NCBI GenBank assembly: GCA_963667015.2
Contig: CAXXJJ010000004.1
Coordinates: 1,728,001-1,792,000, forward strand
DNA length: 64,000 bases
Direction: 5' to 3'
DNA from: Desulfatiglandales bacterium
GTDB lineage: Bacteria; Desulfobacterota; DSM-4660; Desulfatiglandales; HGW-15
Positions within the stretch are counted from its first letter, which is position 1; every line of letters starts with the position of its first letter. Below the pieces are notes generated by a model. That model made no database searches and was not told where the DNA came from. It saw nothing but the letters and a program-made list of their open reading frames with translations. The position numbers and the translations under genes were made by a program. This document shows, piece after piece, positions 58,464-64,000 of the stretch.

Positions 58464-59027
58464 CTATACCTCCACAAGTAAAACTGTATTTTCACTGCCG
58501 AAATCATCTCTCTCACGCAGCATGATTGTCGGATCAGCAATCTTTTTATCATCACCAACTATAAAAACATATTTGTGCTCCCCTTTTGTAACATCAAGTT
58601 CTATCTCCCAGTATCCGCTTGGTCCTATCATTTTCATGGGTACATCTTTCCAGTCAGTAAAACTGCCGGCAATCTGCACGCTGCTCGCATCCGGCTGGTA
58701 GATCAAGAACCTTTTCGAAACAGAGGAAATCTCGTTTTCAGGCTGGTTGATTGAAAATACAAAAAAAAGAACAAGAACTGCCACTGCCGCAAATTCTGCT
58801 ACCCTCAAAAACGGGGTATAAAATTTAAGATCAAATATTTTTGATTTTTCTTTTAAGGAAACCTGAGGCACTAATGACACAACATCAGAGCTAAGCAATT
58901 TTTCCTGTTCCAGTAAGTCAATAGATTCGTTATAGAACGGCTCTTCTTTATGTACCTTCCTGACAAAATCTATCTTTTCATCCAGGTTCAATTCATTATC
59001 AATAAACATACTTATATAATCACTCAT
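58464..59027 (-). CDS. Putative anti-sigma factor with a CBM48-like (glycogen-binding) extracytoplasmic domain
   Basis: ISMFIDNEL anti-sigma-like N-terminus, TM, ASSVQIAGSFTDW...GYW...G.HKY.F....ADP...DDFG.EN; overlaps the sigma gene. Confidence 0.82.
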   Translation of the reverse strand: MSDYISMFIDNELNLDEKIDFVRKVHKEEPFYNESIDLLEQEKLLSSDVVSLVPQVSLKEKSKIFDLKFYTPFLRVAEFAAVAVLVLFFVFSINQPENEISSVSKRFLIYQPDASSVQIAGSFTDWKDVPMKMIGPSGYWEIELDVTKGEHKYVFIVGDDKKIADPTIMLRERDDFGSENTVLLVEV

Positions 59028-59499
59028 GATAATTCTCCTGTAATATTTCCCTTAGTCTCAAACGGGCCCTGTGGACTTTTACCTTCACATTGCCCTCATT
59101 TATCCCTAAAACAGAGGCGATTTCTCTGTATTTAAGGTCCTCTGTCAGAACCAGGGCCAGTACCTCTCTTTCATCCTCTTCAAGTTTACTCATCGCAGAA
59201 AGTACCCTTCTGTATTCCTGTTTAATCCTGAAGTCATTCTCCTGATCTGCAGTCTGGTCAATAACATCATGTTCAAGATTATCTTTCTTTTTATCCCTGC
59301 GCCTCAGGTCTATCAAAACATTGCGTGCTATTGTATAGAGCAATGAATTATTCATTGTCTTATTTCGATATTTTTCAAGACAACGCATAAAACTTTCCTG
59401 CATTATGTCCATAGATAAATGGTAGTCTCCTGTTAACCGCATTAAATAAGAGAACAGTTTATCTTTTTGCCTTTTATAAAAGTCCTGAAAATTATCCAT
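59020..59499 (-). CDS. ECF RNA polymerase sigma factor
   Basis: DIMQESF, LYTIARN..ID..R, L.Y.EIA..LGI..G.VK...HRAR..LR. Confidence 0.94.
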   Translation of the reverse strand: MDNFQDFYKRQKDKLFSYLMRLTGDYHLSMDIMQESFMRCLEKYRNKTMNNSLLYTIARNVLIDLRRRDKKKDNLEHDVIDQTADQENDFRIKQEYRRVLSAMSKLEEDEREVLALVLTEDLKYREIASVLGINEGNVKVKVHRARLRLREILQENYHE

Positions 59500-59509
59500 T
59501 TTATCTGTA

Positions 59510-59535
59510 AACGTTTTAGTTATCGAAAGGTTACA
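59510..59535 (-). promoter_or_regulatory. Autoregulatory ECF promoter (near-leaderless transcript)
   Basis: Minus strand TGTAACC-N15-CGTT ending 10 bp before the ATG. Confidence 0.72.
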
Positions 59536-59736
59536 TTAATTTTTTAGGATAATGCATTTTTAATATTGGGAATATTTTATAATAATTCAGTTAAAAACTC
59601 CAGAAATGAGATCATATCTATCTTCGGAGATATAATACAGGGTATATTTTTACCTATTCTATCTGTTTTTGCCAATATTTTTCACAGGTTATTTCCCTTT
59701 CCCATGACATACTTCAAACAAAATTTGATAATATAT

Positions 59737-59764
59737 TTAAGCAATTAAAGCAGTTTGTCGATAC
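59737..59764 (+). promoter_or_regulatory. Putative sigma28 promoter of the cheY-like/cheX/kinase operon
   Basis: TTAAG-N15-GTCGATAC. Confidence 0.55.
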
Positions 59765-59836
59765 ATATACGAGTTATGAGAAATTTCAGATATATCTTAT
59801 CAGAGTAATAATTTTAAAACATTGTGAGGCTGTATT

Positions 59837-60199
59837 ATGAAAGTAATTATTGCCGATGATTCTCAGGTAATGAGAAACATTATACAAAATGCAATTAAGT
59901 CGATGGGAGTCGAAGTTTTCCAGGCAAGTAACGGGAATGAAGTATTTGATCACCTTGAAAAACAGGGCAATAATATAGGAGTTATATTCATGGACTGGAA
60001 CATGCCGGGGATGAATGGTTTTGACTGCCTGAAATCATTAAAGAAAAATGATAAATACAAAGATATTCCGGTATTAATGATCTCCACGGAAGCAGAAGAT
60101 GAAAAGGTTCAAATGGCCAAGGAGGCAGGTGCAAAGGGATATCTGTCAAAGCCATTTACACCTGAAAAGCTTATTAAATTTATAAATGAAACTATATAG
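59837..60199 (+). CDS. Single-domain response regulator (CheY-like)
   Basis: IADDS, MDWNMP.MNG, S/T and KPF receiver motifs. Confidence 0.92.
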   Translation: MKVIIADDSQVMRNIIQNAIKSMGVEVFQASNGNEVFDHLEKQGNNIGVIFMDWNMPGMNGFDCLKSLKKNDKYKDIPVLMISTEAEDEKVQMAKEAGAKGYLSKPFTPEKLIKFINETI

Positions 60200-60287
60200 G
60201 TTTCTACTACTTTAAATAATTTTACAAACGGACATCAGCCCGTATTAAACATATTTTCAGAAACTCTGAAATAATGGAGATTAACAG

Positions 60288-61142
60288 ATGACGGATAAAA
60301 TAATTGCCATTGATTGCAGTCCACCGGTCATGAATGTAATAAATGATATTTTCGGCAATACTGCCTCACTGGAGACCGAATCCTTTAAAAATATCCGGGA
60401 ACTTAAAGACTACCGGATGATCATAATACAGGAAGGAATCGATAAATCGGAGATATTAAAGCGAATCCGAAAATTGAGATATGCCTGTTATTTCAGAAAT
60501 ATGCCTATTGTTGTTGTCAAGGCAAATGATTTTTCAGGTTCAATCGAATCATATATTACTGCCGGAGCGACCGAAGTAATTACCCTGAATGATCCACCCG
60601 CAGCCATCCGGCCGATACTCATGGGTCATCTTATTCCCAGCCGTCAGCCTCTGAAAGAGGAGATGGAATATATTGATACCTTTATTAAGCACACATGTAA
60701 TGTTCTGAATACCGTTGCCTCGCTTGAGACATCTTTTGAGGAGGTATATTTCGCAAATGATTTTAAGATATTTGGAGATGTATCAGGTCTGATAGCCCTG
60801 ACAGGTAGCGCTGAGGGCATCCTTGGCATTACACTCTACTGGCCTCTGGCCCAGAAGATAATAGCCCGAATGATGGGTACAGAGATAGATAAGATAAATG
60901 CCGAGCTGATCCATGACGGAGTTGCTGAAATTATAAATATGATAGGCGGTTCAACTAAAAACGATTTTGTTGGAAAGCCATACCATTTTGAAATATCGCT
61001 GCCATCAGTAATCCTTGGAGGAGGCCACCAGCTGGGTCATGGAGAAAAGGGCCCGATAGCGGTACTTATTTTTAAAGTTGATTTTCAATATTTTGCATTA
61101 CAGATTTGCCTAAAGCCAAATAAAACCGGAGAAAGGCAGTAA
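60288..61142 (+). CDS. Pseudo-receiver plus CheX phosphatase domain protein
   Basis: C-terminal GDVSGLI.LTG..EG, D.VAEI.NMI.G (ExxN), ISLPSVI.G; degenerate REC N-terminus. Confidence 0.85.
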   Translation: MTDKIIAIDCSPPVMNVINDIFGNTASLETESFKNIRELKDYRMIIIQEGIDKSEILKRIRKLRYACYFRNMPIVVVKANDFSGSIESYITAGATEVITLNDPPAAIRPILMGHLIPSRQPLKEEMEYIDTFIKHTCNVLNTVASLETSFEEVYFANDFKIFGDVSGLIALTGSAEGILGITLYWPLAQKIIARMMGTEIDKINAELIHDGVAEIINMIGGSTKNDFVGKPYHFEISLPSVILGGGHQLGHGEKGPIAVLIFKVDFQYFALQICLKPNKTGERQ

Positions 61143-61221
61143 AATTAAATCTGTTTTCAGTTCATGGCATCCCTTATCATGTTTTTTAAATTGATTAAAG
61201 GCATGCCAAATCCCTTAAACA

Positions 61222-63042
61222 ATGAACGATAAAAAGAACATACTATTTATAAACCGCGATGAGAATTTTTTAAAAGAGATCGCGGATTCACTGTCCATGA
61301 AAGGATATACTGTATCAACAGCGATGGATATGAGAGAGGTACTGTCCACTCTGTCTTCCGCTGTTGTGGAGTTGATTCTGTGTGACAATAAATTAAGGGA
61401 TGTGAATGGTTACGATTTATTACGCTTTCTTAAAAACGACCCCTTAAGGGAAAAAATCCCCTTTGTTTTCTGCGTCCCATTGCATGACCAGGGCAGTGCA
61501 AAAAAGGCATTTGAGGACGGGGCAACCGATTTTATAGTATATCCCCTGGATCATGAAGAAATTGCTTCCCGTGTAAATGAAATATGCGGGCCACCCGAAA
61601 ACGGAAACAGGGAAAGTAATACGCAATCAGACCAGGATATGAACTTCAGCGCCACCCAGATGGTAAAGAGTATCCCGGATAAGGATACGGAAAAACGGGA
61701 AGACAAAAGGGCTGCCCTCCTCCGGATCTTAAAGGTTGAGATATCAAGGAATGGTATCCTCTGGATACCGGGCCAGATAAAAAATATAAGCACCAAAGGG
61801 ATGTTTCTGAAGACCTCAATGCTTGGGAAAGCCGGAGTGGAACTGTATGTAAGGGTTCCATTGCAATCAGGAACCGCGGTTGTCAAAGGCTCCATTAAAC
61901 ACATTACATTTAAAAATCTTAAGGCCACAGATGATGCAGGTATAGGGGTTGAAATAGAAAAAAGTTCGGAATGGCTTGAATACCTGAAATACATAAAATC
62001 TCATCTTCAGAAGGGCAGCGCAGAAGTGACTCCGCCAGTCCCTGTTCAGACGCCTCAATCTGTTAATACCCCTGAGCGTACCATTATTATGACCAGTGGT
62101 AATGATGGTGCAGATGAAATAGACAGTTCCCGGAAAAATAAAGGAACCTCCTTCGAAGAAAGATTTTACAACAGCCTGATAGGCAAGCAGTTCAACAACT
62201 ACAAGGTTGTTTCACTTATCGGTTCCGGGGCAATGGGAGGTGTATTTGAAGGCTGGGATATCGCCCTTGAAAGGGCTGTTGCACTCAAAGTTATATCCTT
62301 TGAGCTCTCGGCTCAGGAAAAATTCAGGGAGATGTTTATCAAGGAAGCCCGCTTTATCTCCCAGCTTGATAATCCGAACATCGCTTCAATATATCATATT
62401 GGCAATGAAAATCAGATCCTTTATTTCGCCATGGAGTATATTGAAGGCTCCTCAATGGCCGATCTAATCAAGAAAGAAGTGAAACTGAACACAATAAAGG
62501 GACTGGATTATTTTATTACCATATGTGAAGCCCTGGATTTCATGAGTCAGAAAAGCATTATCCACAGGGATTTAAAACCTGCAAATATAATGATTACTAA
62601 ACAGGGGATTCCAAAACTGGTTGATTTCGGCGTGGCATCAACCGTTGATGTGGAAGAGAAGATTAAAGAAGGCATAGTAGGCTCACCCTACTACATATCT
62701 CCTGATGCCATAAACAGTCTTCCACTGGATCAGAGAAGTGATATCTACTCCCTGGGAGCATCTTTCTATCATGCATTTACCGGTTTTACACCCTTTGATG
62801 GTAATTCAGCCGATGAAGTACTGCTTAAACACCTGAATGCGAAACCGGTCCCGTTAAGAAAGAGAAACCCAAAGGTTTCAAATGCACTGGGCAGGATTAT
62901 TGAAAAAATGATGGCCAAAAAGCCGGAAGACAGGTACCAGAATTATAATGATATTATCAAGGATCTGAAATCATTGAAGGCAAAGGCAAACACATTTGAA
63001 AAATTAAAAAATGCTACTCTGATCTTCAGGGTAAAAAAATAA
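61222..63042 (+). CDS. REC-PilZ-Hanks-type Ser/Thr protein kinase
   Basis: LILCD receiver; KREDKR and NISTKG PilZ motifs; GSGAMG, VALK, HRDLKPAN, DFG, GSPYYISP. Confidence 0.88.
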   Translation: MNDKKNILFINRDENFLKEIADSLSMKGYTVSTAMDMREVLSTLSSAVVELILCDNKLRDVNGYDLLRFLKNDPLREKIPFVFCVPLHDQGSAKKAFEDGATDFIVYPLDHEEIASRVNEICGPPENGNRESNTQSDQDMNFSATQMVKSIPDKDTEKREDKRAALLRILKVEISRNGILWIPGQIKNISTKGMFLKTSMLGKAGVELYVRVPLQSGTAVVKGSIKHITFKNLKATDDAGIGVEIEKSSEWLEYLKYIKSHLQKGSAEVTPPVPVQTPQSVNTPERTIIMTSGNDGADEIDSSRKNKGTSFEERFYNSLIGKQFNNYKVVSLIGSGAMGGVFEGWDIALERAVALKVISFELSAQEKFREMFIKEARFISQLDNPNIASIYHIGNENQILYFAMEYIEGSSMADLIKKEVKLNTIKGLDYFITICEALDFMSQKSIIHRDLKPANIMITKQGIPKLVDFGVASTVDVEEKIKEGIVGSPYYISPDAINSLPLDQRSDIYSLGASFYHAFTGFTPFDGNSADEVLLKHLNAKPVPLRKRNPKVSNALGRIIEKMMAKKPEDRYQNYNDIIKDLKSLKAKANTFEKLKNATLIFRVKK

Positions 63043-63119
63043 ATCGTCAGAGGGAATTAAATAAATTCTTTATTTAAACCTGGACATATAAATATCTATC
63101 TCACGTTGGAGCTGAAAAA

Positions 63120-64000
63120 TTGTACGTAAATGGTAATGCAACAAAAGAACAAAATCAGACTTTATTTGATCTTTTTAAAAAAATGGTTAAAAAAAATACG
63201 ATAGATATCGATCCCAGTCTTATTCCTAATGACAGATACAGGTTCGATAAGATACTTGGAAGAGGTGCAACAGGCCTTGTATACAAAGCATGGGACAAAC
63301 GCCGGAAAATGTTTGTTGCAGTGAAGGCCTCAAACAGGAGCCATGAGAGTTTTGTATCCGAGGCAAGGCTTGCCGGAAAGCTGAAACACGAAAATGTTGT
63401 ATCAATCTTTGATGCAAACGCAAACACGGACATCTCATATGTTGTCATGGAATATCTAGAGGGTGACACACTGAGCATATATTGCGACAGGCAGAACCTG
63501 CTGTCTTTGCCAGTGGTAAGCAAAACAATGATAGATATATGTAAAGGGCTGCATTGTGCCCATTCAATGGGTATTATTCACCGTGACATAAAGCCTTCAA
63601 ACATAATGATTACTAAAAATGGAATCCCCAAGATTACTGATTTCGGGACTTCACAGATGATTGACGGTACCCAGCCCATGGGATTTCTTGGAACACCAAG
63701 TTATGTAGCCCCGGAGCAACTGAAGGGCGATACCGCCCCAACCAAAGCAAGTGATATATTTTCACTGGGGTGTGTCCTTTATGAACTTCTTGAGGGTAAA
63801 AAGGCATTTGACGGAGAGAACTCATATGCCATCATGTACAAGGTCTCTAACGATAATCCTGAACCGCTCTCGCTGCTGGCTCCGCCTGTAGAGGCACTTT
63901 TCCGCCCTATCATTAAAAAGGCAATAGCCAAAAATGCTGAAGACAGGTACCAGGACTGCAGCGACCTTGCATATGACCTGAGCAAAACGCTTTCCTATTT
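63120..64000 (+). CDS. Ser/Thr protein kinase (3'-truncated by window edge; not in ORF track)
   Basis: Manual translation LGRGATGLVYKA, VAVK, HRDIKPSN, DFG, GTPSYVAPEQ; start TTG 63120 (GGAG SD) or ATG 63183. Confidence 0.9.
   Translation, partial: MYVNGNATKEQNQTLFDLFKKMVKKNTIDIDPSLIPNDRYRFDKILGRGATGLVYKAWDKRRKMFVAVKASNRSHESFVSEARLAGKLKHENVVSIFDANANTDISYVVMEYLEGDTLSIYCDRQNLLSLPVVSKTMIDICKGLHCAHSMGIIHRDIKPSNIMITKNGIPKITDFGTSQMIDGTQPMGFLGTPSYVAPEQLKGDTAPTKASDIFSLGCVLYELLEGKKAFDGENSYAIMYKVSNDNPEPLSLLAPPVEALFRPIIKKAIAKNAEDRYQDCSDLAYDLSKTLSY

Noticed and set aside
1..64000. CRISPR array, tRNA, rRNA, prophage or integrase
   Set aside because: No regularly spaced repeats, cloverleaf or rRNA signatures, and no phage or recombinase ORFs, were seen.

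Overview
A 64-kb chromosomal window, probably from a Desulfobacterota (deltaproteobacterial) genome; the taxon is inferred from gene content and regulatory motifs. Most of it is a flagellar super-cluster: fliF-G-H-I-J-motE, fliK-flgD-flgE, motA-fliL-M-N-O-P-Q-R-flhB-flhA-flhF-flhG-fliA plus accessory genes, then flgF-G-A-H-I-J-N-K-L-csrA-fliW. motB and flgM are absent from their usual positions. A visibly AT-richer, mostly minus-strand block of about 12 kb (24.9-37.4 kb) splits the cluster. In transcription order it holds a sigma54 promoter with IHF and enhancer repeats, a PEP-CTERM gene, a c-di-GMP-I (GEMM-I) riboswitch with a 39-nt insertion in its P2 loop, and two secreted modular proteins. 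These two share a 70/73-identical N-terminal module and a ZU5/GAIN-like HL(T/C) motif but carry different hydrolase and adhesin cargo. The block also contains a 301-bp MITE and a hicB plus truncated hicA pair. Downstream of the flagellar genes are a PilZ brake/DedA/DUF4301 unit, a GrdB/PrdB-like selenoprotein (in-frame UGA, UxxC) next to two Tat-signal proteins, an ECF sigma/CBM48-like anti-sigma module with two matching promoters, and a CheY-like/CheX/REC-PilZ-Ser/Thr kinase signalling operon. A structured flgE 3' region with anti-Shine-Dalgarno motifs is a candidate sRNA. No rRNA, tRNA or CRISPR array was seen. All calls come from reading the sequence; no searches were run.
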